In this document: in pieces, positions 9,028 to 18,113 of the stretch | Numbering within the stretch: the stretch's first letter is position 1 | How the letters are laid out: every line of letters begins with the position of its first letter | From: Candidatus Micrarchaeota archaeon | GTDB lineage: Archaea; B1Sed10-29 | Direction of reading: 5' to 3' | Assembly: GCA_964579265.1 (NCBI GenBank) | Contig: CAZOFO010000004.1 | Span: forward strand, 1-48,297 | DNA length: 48,297 nt | Notes under the pieces: generated by a model | Databases searched by the model: none | The model's input: only the letters and a program-made list of their open reading frames with translations | Told to the model about the DNA's origin: nothing | Position numbers and translations under genes: made by a program

Positions 9028-9798
9028 ATGAAGAAATTAAGCCTAATAGGACTTGGACTATGGAACGAAAAAGACATAACAAAAAGAGGGCTAGAAAAAG
9101 CTAGAGAATCAGATGTCATATACCTAGAGAACTACACCAGCGATCTACCAGGAACCAAAAAAGAAAAAATAGAAGAAGAAATAGGCAAAAGAGTACAACC
9201 AGCGAACAGGAAATTCATTGAAGACGGAAAAATACTACTGCATGCAAAATCCAACCACATAGCACTCCTAGTGCCAGGAGACCCCTTAATAGCAACCACC
9301 CACACAGACCTGCTGTTAAGAGCAAAGAAAATGGATATAAAAACAGAAGTAATACATAACTCAAGCATATACAGCGCAATAGGAGAAACAGGCCTACAAA
9401 TATATAAATTCGGTAAAACTGCAACAGTGACTTTCTGGAAACCAAACTACAAGCCGGAGAGCTTCTACAATACTCTGAAAGAGAATAAAAAAAGAGGACT
9501 ACACACCTTACTACTACTAGATCTGGAGAAAACAAAAGAAAAATACCTCTCACCAAGAGAAGCAATAAGAACACTACTGGAAATAGAGAAAAAAAAGAAA
9601 GAAGAAATATTTACAGAAGAAACTGATACAGTCGCGGTTTCAAGACTAGGATCACCAAAGAGAAAGATAAAGTATGGAAAAGCAAAAAACGTAGCACAGG
9701 AAAAATTCGAACCTCCCAGCAGCCTCATAATACCTGGAGAACTACATGAAATGGAGAAAAAATACTTAGAACAGTTCAAAATCAGTAAAGAGGATTAA
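9028..9798 (+). CDS. dph5: diphthine synthase
   Basis: LIGLGL, YLENYTS, LVPGDPLIATTH, IHNSSIYSAIGETGLQIYKFGKT, GLHTLLLLD, and LIIPGELHEME. Confidence 0.93.
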   Translation: MKKLSLIGLGLWNEKDITKRGLEKARESDVIYLENYTSDLPGTKKEKIEEEIGKRVQPANRKFIEDGKILLHAKSNHIALLVPGDPLIATTHTDLLLRAKKMDIKTEVIHNSSIYSAIGETGLQIYKFGKTATVTFWKPNYKPESFYNTLKENKKRGLHTLLLLDLEKTKEKYLSPREAIRTLLEIEKKKKEEIFTEETDTVAVSRLGSPKRKIKYGKAKNVAQEKFEPPSSLIIPGELHEMEKKYLEQFKISKED

Positions 9799-9799
9799 A

Positions 9800-10075
9800 A
9801 TGAGTGAAGAAGAAATAAATAAACTGGAAAAATGTATGGAGATCACGGAAAAAGCTCTAAAAAAATCCGAGCCAAAGGATGAAAAGGGAGAAAAACTATT
9901 AAAATTCGTTGAGAATTACTACAAAGACGCTGAACACTATAAGTCAAAAAAAGATAGGGAAACAGCTCTAGAAGCAGTCTCCTACGCACACGGAATACTC
10001 GATGCAGGGGTACTAACAAAACACATAAAAACACCAAACTACTTATTAAATCCTGAAGAGGAAAACAAAAAATAA
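9800..10075 (+). CDS. DUF357 family protein
   Basis: YYKDAEHY...ALEAVSYAHGILDAG pattern. DUF357 is commonly found next to dph5. Confidence 0.8.
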   Translation: MSEEEINKLEKCMEITEKALKKSEPKDEKGEKLLKFVENYYKDAEHYKSKKDRETALEAVSYAHGILDAGVLTKHIKTPNYLLNPEEENKK

Positions 10076-10076
10076 G

Positions 10077-10556
10077 ATGATGAAAATGGATCTGGGCGGA
10101 AATACAGGAATGGGAAAAAACAGTAAATTGGAAAAAATAAAGGAACCAAAGATCATCGCAACCATAGCAATAGTAATAATACTAGGAGTCACCTCCATAT
10201 ACCTAGCAACATCTGCTCTGTCCGCTCCAGGTCCACTGGAAACATATATAAAAGAGACACAGCCAGTTGGAAAAGAAGATAATGTAACCCTAATAGTAGA
10301 GTATAGGAACACACTTGAAGAAGACGTGAGAGAAGTGAATATAGAAGTAGAGCCAATAGCTAAAGACAAAATAGAAGTAGTAGGGGAAAATGAAGTAACT
10401 GAGGAAAATATAGGTAAAGGACAACTAAGGCGTTTTGAGTTTCCAATAAGATTGAAAGATGTTACATCAGGAAGCACCTACGCGATAGAGACAAAAGCAA
10501 AAGCTAACGGAAATGAATTCACAAGCAGAACCTCTATAGAGATAGAGGAAAATTAG
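10077..10556 (+). CDS. membrane-anchored Ig-like (COG1361/CARDB-like) protein
   Basis: One N-terminal TM helix (IIATIAIVIILGVTSIYL) followed by alternating beta-strand segments. Confidence 0.55.
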   Translation: MMKMDLGGNTGMGKNSKLEKIKEPKIIATIAIVIILGVTSIYLATSALSAPGPLETYIKETQPVGKEDNVTLIVEYRNTLEEDVREVNIEVEPIAKDKIEVVGENEVTEENIGKGQLRRFEFPIRLKDVTSGSTYAIETKAKANGNEFTSRTSIEIEEN

Positions 10557-10572
10557 AAAAGGAGATGATAGT

Positions 10573-10758
10573 ATGAAAAAACCAGGAGATTTCGATGTTA
10601 ACCTAAAACACGAGGTAGATCAAGAACTAATAGAACTAGTGTACAAAGCGCTTAACCCAACATCAGTTAGACTGACAGAGCTTTCACTCAAGTACGATAA
10701 AGAACCGGAAGAAGTTATGGAAAGATATAATGAAATAAGAAGAAGGTTACTGGATTAA
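10573..10758 (+). CDS. small hypothetical protein
   Basis: GGAG/GATG SD-like sequence upstream and normal codon style. No family recognised. Confidence 0.5.
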   Translation: MKKPGDFDVNLKHEVDQELIELVYKALNPTSVRLTELSLKYDKEPEEVMERYNEIRRRLLD

Positions 10759-11027
10759 TCCTTATTTTTCTTTTCCCAAAGATCTCTTTTCTTTTTCATT
10801 ATCTCTCTAGATATTTCTTTAAGTTCTTCTCCTACTGTTAAAGCTTCTTTTGGTTCTAGTTTGAATGCTTTTTGTTCATCTTCTCCTTGAAGCCTTATCA
10901 TCACTGAACCATCATCAGGGTAGTTACCTTTCATCTTTGGATCTTCTACTTCTATCTGAAGCATGTTTCTATGGCTTTTTCCTTCGTTGTCTTCCCAGAA
11001 ATGTGGAAATTGAGCAGCTATTCTCAT
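10755..11027 (-). CDS. small hypothetical protein (beta strands plus C-terminal helix)
   Basis: A GAGGTG SD lies upstream on the minus strand. No family recognised with certainty. Confidence 0.6.
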   Translation of the reverse strand: MRIAAQFPHFWEDNEGKSHRNMLQIEVEDPKMKGNYPDDGSVMIRLQGEDEQKAFKLEPKEALTVGEELKEISREIMKKKRDLWEKKNKD

Positions 11028-11108
11028 ATTAACACCTCGTTTTTATCTATGTATTTAATTGGTGCATCGGGATATAAATCAATTTTAAACTGTTTTTCTA
11101 GAATTTAG

Positions 11109-11831
11109 TTATGCTCTTATGCAGTAGACTTCTCTTATTTTTCTTCTTCCGTTTTTATCCAGTCCGGCGTCCTGGGTGCTCTTCTCAGTTTTTAACCCGA
11201 ATTCCTCTTTTATCTCTTTCAGTACTTTTTTCCCTATCTCAGTGTAACCGTAGTAGAAGTTCCATCCTCCTTCTTTTCTTTTTCTGGTTCTCCAGGATGC
11301 TACTGCTTTGTGATCTCTTTTTATTTCTTTTTCCGTTGTTCTTTCAATGTGTTCTTTTATCTCCTTGAATCTCTCTGGATCGTGTTCCTCTTTGTTTTTT
11401 CTAAGCTGGATTTTTAATCTGTAATCCTTGTTTTTCAGCCTCAGGCAGACGCTGCAAAGGCCTTTTTCTTTTCTTATCTCTATCTTGGATTCTTCTTCAA
11501 CATCTATGAAACCCTCTGGATCCATTTTACCTTTTAATTTGACTTTTATTTTATCTCCTGCTTCTAGTATTCTATCGGGAGAATCTATACTTATAGTTTT
11601 CTGGTAGAGATTACTTTCGATTTCCTGTGAAACTATTTTTCTTAGAGAATAATCACTTGGATTTTTCCATTGGTCATGGTACTTCCAGGATCCGCATTCC
11701 GTGCATTCTGTTATTGTTATTATTTCCGGTATCTCTATAACTTTATTTTCTTCTTTATAACAATTCAAGCATAGTTTTTCGTAGAAATCAGTGTCTTCTT
11801 TCCCGCATTTTGGACAGAATTTTGTTGGCAT
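11109..11831 (-). CDS. NMD3-like Zn-ribbon ribosome biogenesis protein (short form)
   Basis: FCPKCG...LCLNCY, ECTECGSWKYHDQW and LCSVCLR...LKIQLR follow the NMD3 N-terminal architecture. Confidence 0.75.
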   Translation of the reverse strand: MPTKFCPKCGKEDTDFYEKLCLNCYKEENKVIEIPEIITITECTECGSWKYHDQWKNPSDYSLRKIVSQEIESNLYQKTISIDSPDRILEAGDKIKVKLKGKMDPEGFIDVEEESKIEIRKEKGLCSVCLRLKNKDYRLKIQLRKNKEEHDPERFKEIKEHIERTTEKEIKRDHKAVASWRTRKRKEGGWNFYYGYTEIGKKVLKEIKEEFGLKTEKSTQDAGLDKNGRRKIREVYCIRA

Positions 11832-11861
11832 TTTGTTTTCCTCGTTTTGATTAAAAGATAT

Positions 11862-13166
11862 TTAGATATAGTTCTCCATATCATGAGATTCATTTAATTC
11901 AGGGATTATTACTTCGGCATCTAGGTTTTCTCTCATCCAGTTTCCTAGTGCTTCCGTGTTTTCTTCATCCCCATGTATTATGAATGTTACTTCTGGTTCT
12001 ATCTTCTCTGCAAATTCTCTGAGTTTGTGCTTGTCGCTGTGTGCGCTGAAATCGTAGAACTCTATTTCAAAATTGGAGAGATCCATATCGTAGTTGTCAT
12101 GGGTGAATCTACCTGTTTCAAGTAGTTTTCTTCCTGGTGTGTCTTCAGGTTGATATCCTGTGAGGTATATTCCGTGTTCTCTTTCGTCTCCTTTTCTTTC
12201 TTTCTTCTTCAGTTCTGTTAGGTAGTGTATTATTGGTCCTCCTCCAAGCATCCCTGCGGTTGTTACTATTGCTCCGGGTTCTTCCAGAGCTTCGAATCTT
12301 TCTCCGTGGTCTTTTATCCATTTGGATCTTTTCATCCCTTCGTAGAAATCATCAAATCTGTTTATGTATTCCGGGTAATTCAGCATTATGTCAGCCGCGT
12401 CAGTTGACATTCCGTCCAGCCATATCTTGCCGTTGAAACCGTATTGTTCCAGTACGGTGATCACTTCCTGTGCTCTCCCCACTGCGAAGGCAGGTATGAG
12501 GGCTATACCTCCATTTTTCACTGTTTCCTGTACTGATTCGTAGAAATCTTTTTCTATCTGCTCTCTAGGAGGATGTTCTTCATCTCCATAAGTAGCTTCA
12601 GTTATCAGTATATCTATATCGTCCTTTTCTTCGCTGTAATCGTAAGAGGGTTCGTGTAGAGCGGTTTCGTTTAGTTTGAAGTCTCCGGTGTAGAGTATGT
12701 TTCCTTCGAGTGTATCCATTCTTATTGTAGATGCTCCGAGTATGTGTCCTGCATTTTCGAACTTGATGCTGGTTTCTTTACCTATTTCTTTTTTCCTGGA
12801 GTACGGGACTTTCACGGTGTTTCTTAGCATTCTCTTGAGGTGTTGTTTTGTGAATATCTTTTCGAGTCCCTCCATCTCCCTGATCTTTATCGAGTCTTTT
12901 ATCAATAGATCTATGACGGGCAAGGTAGGGGGGGTCATGTAGGTCTTGGGTCCGGTGACCTTGTATAGTAGGGGTATCGCTCCCGAGTGATCAAGGTGAG
13001 CGTGGCTTAGAACCACTTCATCTGCAAATCCTTGAACAGGTAAAGGTAATCCTGGGTTCTTATCCACTCTTATACCATAATCTAGGAGAGTTCTTTTCTT
13101 ATCTTGTTCTACTAATACAGCTGATCTTCCAACTTCTTTTGTTCCGCCTAAAAAATCTATCTTCAT
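11862..13166 (-). CDS. metallo-beta-lactamase beta-CASP ribonuclease (aCPSF2-like)
   Basis: FLGGTKEVGRS, LSHAHLDHSG, AGHILG, YTGDF, TEATYG, PAFAVGRAQE, FSAHSD and IHGD motifs. Confidence 0.88.
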   Translation of the reverse strand: MKIDFLGGTKEVGRSAVLVEQDKKRTLLDYGIRVDKNPGLPLPVQGFADEVVLSHAHLDHSGAIPLLYKVTGPKTYMTPPTLPVIDLLIKDSIKIREMEGLEKIFTKQHLKRMLRNTVKVPYSRKKEIGKETSIKFENAGHILGASTIRMDTLEGNILYTGDFKLNETALHEPSYDYSEEKDDIDILITEATYGDEEHPPREQIEKDFYESVQETVKNGGIALIPAFAVGRAQEVITVLEQYGFNGKIWLDGMSTDAADIMLNYPEYINRFDDFYEGMKRSKWIKDHGERFEALEEPGAIVTTAGMLGGGPIIHYLTELKKKERKGDEREHGIYLTGYQPEDTPGRKLLETGRFTHDNYDMDLSNFEIEFYDFSAHSDKHKLREFAEKIEPEVTFIIHGDEENTEALGNWMRENLDAEVIIPELNESHDMENYI

Positions 13167-13383
13167 GCTTTAAATCTCCTTTGTATACTTTTTTAAAGTC
13201 ATTTTTATTTATCAATACCTGAATCTTGTTCTAGATACGTTTCTAGTTGCTTTTCAAAGCATTTATTAATTTATTTATCTTCAGATTTATATAATTCCTT
13301 CTCTCTTTCATCCTTTGATAAAGAGTTTCACATTTATATAGACCAAGTGCTTTTTTTTCTAACGTAGGAAGGAGGAAGAATAG

Positions 13384-14040
13384 ATGAAGGAGATGCATTA
13401 CCTGGAAGCCAAGAAGATTCTTGAATCATATGGAATACCCGTGGTTAAATCAGGGTACATGACTAAGAAAACTGAGTCGGCTCAGAAATCAGCTGAAATA
13501 GGTTTTCCTCTAGTGATGAAGATAGATTCGGAGAAGCCAATACATAAATCCGATAGAGGATACGTAAAGACAGGTATAGTTTCAGTGAAGGAGATAGAAG
13601 AAGTATTTGAACAGATGAAAGAGAGAGCTGAGAAAGAAGAAATCGGATTCAACGGAGTAGTGCTTCAAAAACAGCTTGAAGGGAAGGAAGCCATAATAGG
13701 AGGTAAAAGAGATCCGCAATTTGGACCTGTGATACTGTTCGGACAAGGAGGAATATTCGTGGAGATATTTGAAGACACTTCCCTCAGAGTAGCTCCAATA
13801 GACCAAGAAGAAGCAATGGAGATGATTGGAGAGATAAAAACTCACGAAGTATTCACAGGAGCTAGAGGAGAAAAACCGGTTGACCTGAAAAAACTAAGTG
13901 AAACAATAGTCAAAGCCAGCGAAGTAATGGATGAAAACCCTGAAATAAAGGAAATGGACCTGAACCCTATTATCGCGAATGAAGAAGAAGCAAAAGCAGT
14001 TGACCTACGCATCATAAAGAAAGAAGAGGTGGGTAAATGA
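13384..14040 (+). CDS. acdB: ADP-forming acyl-CoA synthetase beta subunit (ATP-grasp)
   Basis: IGFPLVMKI...HKSDRG.V, IIGGKRDPQFGPVILFGQGGIFVE and EMDLNP. Its stop overlaps the alpha start (ATGA). Confidence 0.88.
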   Translation: MKEMHYLEAKKILESYGIPVVKSGYMTKKTESAQKSAEIGFPLVMKIDSEKPIHKSDRGYVKTGIVSVKEIEEVFEQMKERAEKEEIGFNGVVLQKQLEGKEAIIGGKRDPQFGPVILFGQGGIFVEIFEDTSLRVAPIDQEEAMEMIGEIKTHEVFTGARGEKPVDLKKLSETIVKASEVMDENPEIKEMDLNPIIANEEEAKAVDLRIIKKEEVGK

Positions 14041-15419
14041 AAAGTAAGGAAGAAATATTCAAGGAACTATCACCAATATTCAATCCAGATAAAGCAGCCG
14101 TGGTAGGAGCCAGTAGAGAAAAAGACAAAATCGGTCACTCAGTCTACAAAACAATGAAGGAATCAATGGAAGGTGAAGTGCACCCGGTGAACCCAAATGC
14201 TGAAGAAGTGCTCGGTGAAAAATCTTACGACTCGATCAAAGAAATACCTGGAAAAGTCGAACTGGCTGTAATATCCGTTCCAGCAAAGATAACTCCAAAG
14301 ATAATAGAAGAGTGTGGAGAAAAAGGAGTAAAAGGCGCTGTAATAATAACAAGCGGATTCTCCGAAATAGGAAACCAAGAACTGGAAGAAAAACTCAAAA
14401 AGAAAATAGAAGAAGCGGGAATACGTGTTATAGGCCCCAACTGCCTTGGAATACTGGACAACACCACGGGACTTAACACATTATTTTTACCACCTGAAAA
14501 GCTTGAAATACCTAAAAAAGGAGGAATAGGAGTAATAAGCCAATCAGGAGCCGTTGGATCAGTAATGGTCGACTGGTGTTCCTACGAAAACTTCGGGCTT
14601 TCAAGATTCATTTCATTTGGAAACGGAATAGATATAGACGAAAGAGAACTGATAAAATTCCTCGGAGGAGATCCAGAAACAAAAGTAATAGTGATGTATC
14701 TCGAAGGAACGAAAAATGGAAGAGAGCTCATGAATGCAGCTAAAGAAGTCACACCTGAAAAACCTGTGATAGTTTTAAAAGGAGGAAAAACAAGTGAAGG
14801 ATCAGAAGCAGTAGCTAGCCACACTGGAAGTTTAGCAGGATCAGCAGAAGTCTATAACTCAGCATTCAAACAATCAAACATCGTTCAAGCTAGAACAATG
14901 CTCGATTTACTCGATTACGCAGAAGTATTTGAAAAACAACCACTTCCAAACGGAAAAAAAGTAATGATAATGACAAACGGAGGAGGATACGGAGTACTTT
15001 CAGCCGATGAAGTCATAAATCAAGGATTAGAACTTGCCGAAATAAATTCAAACTTAAAGAAAGAACTCAGAAAAACAGTTCCAGAATACGGAGATATAGG
15101 AAATCCTCTTGATTTATTAGGAGATGCGGATGCAAGTAGATATAAAAAAGCATTGAAGGCAATTGAAAAATCCAAAGATATAGATGCTGTTATATGCGTA
15201 CAGTTATTTCAAACTGATCCTATGGAAGAGAAAGCAATAGAATCAGTGTTTGAATTTAACAAAAACTCGGATAAACCAATAATAGTTGTTACATCAGGAG
15301 CGGACAGAGTAAGGCGGTTAAAAGAAAAACTTGAAGATGAAGGGATACCGGTGTTCAACACACCGAACAGAGCTGTGGATGCATTGACATCAATGATAAA
15401 ATACAAGGAAAGGAAATAG
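14037..15419 (+). CDS. acdA: ADP-forming acyl-CoA synthetase alpha subunit
   Basis: AVVGASR, PVNP, VIGPNCLG, ISQSG, SHTGSLAG (phospho-His), TNGGG and NPLDL. Confidence 0.9.
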   Translation: MKSKEEIFKELSPIFNPDKAAVVGASREKDKIGHSVYKTMKESMEGEVHPVNPNAEEVLGEKSYDSIKEIPGKVELAVISVPAKITPKIIEECGEKGVKGAVIITSGFSEIGNQELEEKLKKKIEEAGIRVIGPNCLGILDNTTGLNTLFLPPEKLEIPKKGGIGVISQSGAVGSVMVDWCSYENFGLSRFISFGNGIDIDERELIKFLGGDPETKVIVMYLEGTKNGRELMNAAKEVTPEKPVIVLKGGKTSEGSEAVASHTGSLAGSAEVYNSAFKQSNIVQARTMLDLLDYAEVFEKQPLPNGKKVMIMTNGGGYGVLSADEVINQGLELAEINSNLKKELRKTVPEYGDIGNPLDLLGDADASRYKKALKAIEKSKDIDAVICVQLFQTDPMEEKAIESVFEFNKNSDKPIIVVTSGADRVRRLKEKLEDEGIPVFNTPNRAVDALTSMIKYKERK

Positions 15420-15430
15420 AAATATCGAAG

Positions 15431-16768
15431 TTAAAAATCCGTCAGAGTCTTTTTCTCCTCTTCTAAATCCTCTTCCCTTTCTTCTACTTCTCTTACTCTC
15501 TCTTTATCCTGATCTTTATCCACTTCACTTTCTTCGTATCTGTCCATTATTTCGTTAACTACTTCCGTGGCATCCTTATCGGAAAGCAAGTTAATCAGTC
15601 TTTCCGGATCTATAGAGTTGTAGTCTTCCCCTAGCATTTCCTTAAGTTTTCCCATCCCTTTCTGTCTAACGGATTTCTTTTCTCTCTGTGATTTTCTAAG
15701 GTTTTCTATCTGGTTTTTAAGTCCTTCTGCTTCGTAGTCTTTATCTATTTCTATTATTGCATCGAAACCTTCCTTTATCTCCTTTCTATCTATGTGAAGA
15801 GCCTGTGTTTCCTTTATTTCTCCCTTCAGTTTCAGCTTTATCATTGGATCTTCGTCACTTTCAGTTTCTTTTTTTATCTCTTCAAGAGATTTTTTAAGTT
15901 TTTCACGTGCTTTTTCTATTATTTCAGAGGATTTTTCTCCTTCCAGCTCCATTTCAATATATTCGAAAGGTCTTCTTTTTTCCAGAGAAATGAACTCTAT
16001 CTTCCATTCGCCATTATTTTTATCTGGAGCCGTGTCGATTATGTAGAATCCTTTTTCTTTTTCCGCTTCTACTTTTCTCATCTGTGTGGTCACGGTGCTT
16101 CCAGGGAACATTACTGTTTTCTCCTTATCAAGTACGTTTTGCCAGTGTATGTGCCCGTCTATGTATAGGTCGAATCCTTCTGGAAGATCATCTATCTTCA
16201 GGAAAGTGTTTTCAGAGTCGTATATGTATTCTTCAAGTGATTGGTGGAACATGAATATGTTCGGTATGTTCTTAACTGGTTCCGGGTTGAAATTTTGCAG
16301 TACTTCCCCTGCGTATTCTTCAGGTACTCCGGACATCCCGTGCACAGCTATCTTTTCTCCGTTTATCTTTAGAATTGTTTTATCACAGTGTAGATGTATC
16401 AAGTAACCCATGTCTTCAAGCATTTCCATCGGGTTCACGTATCCTTTGCTTCTTCTTTCATGTGTTCCGTGTATCGCTATTACAGGTACACTTGATTTGG
16501 ATAGTTTTTCTTCATTTTCTTCAGGTTCTTCTATTTTTATTTCTTTTTTAGTTTTTAGAAGTGGTTTTTTAAGTATTTTAAGTGCTCTGGACCATGTTTC
16601 AGGGCTAGGTGTTTTTTTGTCGAATATATCACCGGGTAATAAGATAAGATCAATGTCTCTTTCCAGTGCTTTATCCATTGCTTCTTCCGCTTGTTTGAAT
16701 GCGTCTTTTTCTCTCTCTGTTCCGGCTCCATAGCCCAGATGAGTGTCGGATATTACAGCTATCTTCAC
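15431..16768 (-). CDS. mre11: DNA double-strand break repair nuclease Mre11/SbcD
   Basis: GTG start. SDTHLG, PGDIFD, IHGTHE, MFHQS, DGHIH and PGST phosphoesterase motifs. Confidence 0.88.
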   Translation of the reverse strand: MKIAVISDTHLGYGAGTEREKDAFKQAEEAMDKALERDIDLILLPGDIFDKKTPSPETWSRALKILKKPLLKTKKEIKIEEPEENEEKLSKSSVPVIAIHGTHERRSKGYVNPMEMLEDMGYLIHLHCDKTILKINGEKIAVHGMSGVPEEYAGEVLQNFNPEPVKNIPNIFMFHQSLEEYIYDSENTFLKIDDLPEGFDLYIDGHIHWQNVLDKEKTVMFPGSTVTTQMRKVEAEKEKGFYIIDTAPDKNNGEWKIEFISLEKRRPFEYIEMELEGEKSSEIIEKAREKLKKSLEEIKKETESDEDPMIKLKLKGEIKETQALHIDRKEIKEGFDAIIEIDKDYEAEGLKNQIENLRKSQREKKSVRQKGMGKLKEMLGEDYNSIDPERLINLLSDKDATEVVNEIMDRYEESEVDKDQDKERVREVEEREEDLEEEKKTLTDF

Positions 16769-16849
16769 TCGAATCCCTCTAGATATTTTTGGTTCTTGCG
16801 GTAGATAAATATGAGTTTGGTTTGGAGAATAGGGATTTTGAATATAGGT

Positions 16850-17986
16850 TTATTCCCACATTTTTCTAGCTAGTTCGCCTTTGTATTTGTATTGATCCAC
16901 TTTGTCCTCGGCCTTTTCTCTTTTATCCTGGAAGTTCTTTAGGAAATTTTGTAGTTTCTCTATTGTTATCTGTTTTATTTCTCCTGTTAGCATTTCTCCT
17001 GAGCTGTATTCTTTTCTTATTCTTTCTATTTCTCCATCGTCATCTTCAAGCAGTATGTAGAGCCATTGGAAACATGTGTCTACCTCTGGGTTTCCTCCTT
17101 TTTCCCTGTGTTCTTCCAAGCTCGGTTTTCCTCCGGAATATGCGTATTTTTTAATCTTTTCCGGTATCTTGTCTATGTCTTCGTCAAGGAATACAGTGGT
17201 GCTTGGTTGGGATGAACTCATTTTTCCTTCAGGTCCTTTTAGACCTGGTAATAATTTGCTGTGTATTGCAGCAGTTTTCTTGTATCCTAGTTTAGGAGCA
17301 ACATCTCTTTGTAGTCTCCAGTACGGATCTTGTTCTATTGCTGAAGGTATTAAACATCTTTTATCTTCGAATAGAGTTGGAACCATCTGTATTGCAGGGT
17401 AAAAAAGGCTTCCTATGTTCGAGCTGTTATCTAAACCAAAAGTGGATCTTACTTGGGAATACGTGAGCCTATCCGCTATCTTTACTGCTTTCTCGTATAA
17501 GTGACCTGAATATTCTGTATTTTTAAATATGAATGTTTTATCTTCATCGAACCCTAATGCTGCTATATCTTTTATGTTTTCGTCGGCGTATTCTTGAACT
17601 TCTTGGTATTCTTTGTCTTTGAAAAGGAATTTCTCGTCGTCAGTTACCTGGATATAGAGGTTGACGTTGAAATTGTCCTGTAGCCATCTGGTAAACATCA
17701 AGGCGGGTAGGTGCCCTATATGCATCTGGCTGGAGGGACCCATTCCCGTGTAGAGGAAGAATCCTTTTCCGGACTCGTGATCATCAAGTACTTTATCCAT
17801 GTCACGGTGTGAGTAAAAGTATTCTCTTCTTAGGAACTTGTGAAGATTTCCAGTATTATTCTTTATTCTTTTGAGAAGTTCTTCGTCTATCCTTTCGGTT
17901 CCGAACTTCTCTATAAGTTTTTCGTACTCGACTTTTCCCTCTACTTCGAAGGGAGTTACTTTGAAACCGTTTTCTTCTTTGCTCAT
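16850..17986 (-). CDS. trpS: tryptophanyl-tRNA synthetase (archaeal type)
   Basis: FLYTGMGPS...HIGH, QVTDDEK, EQDPYWR, KMSSS and YAYSGG. Confidence 0.95.
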   Translation of the reverse strand: MSKEENGFKVTPFEVEGKVEYEKLIEKFGTERIDEELLKRIKNNTGNLHKFLRREYFYSHRDMDKVLDDHESGKGFFLYTGMGPSSQMHIGHLPALMFTRWLQDNFNVNLYIQVTDDEKFLFKDKEYQEVQEYADENIKDIAALGFDEDKTFIFKNTEYSGHLYEKAVKIADRLTYSQVRSTFGLDNSSNIGSLFYPAIQMVPTLFEDKRCLIPSAIEQDPYWRLQRDVAPKLGYKKTAAIHSKLLPGLKGPEGKMSSSQPSTTVFLDEDIDKIPEKIKKYAYSGGKPSLEEHREKGGNPEVDTCFQWLYILLEDDDGEIERIRKEYSSGEMLTGEIKQITIEKLQNFLKNFQDKREKAEDKVDQYKYKGELARKMWE

Positions 17987-18113
17987 TTTGGGATCACGTG
18001 GTTAATCAAGTTACTCGGTCTTTTTATTTTTATAGTGATGTTTATTTTTATCGACTTTATCCATTCGTACAAGTTTGTAAAGGTTTAAATAAATCCATTA
18101 CCTTGTTTTATGT

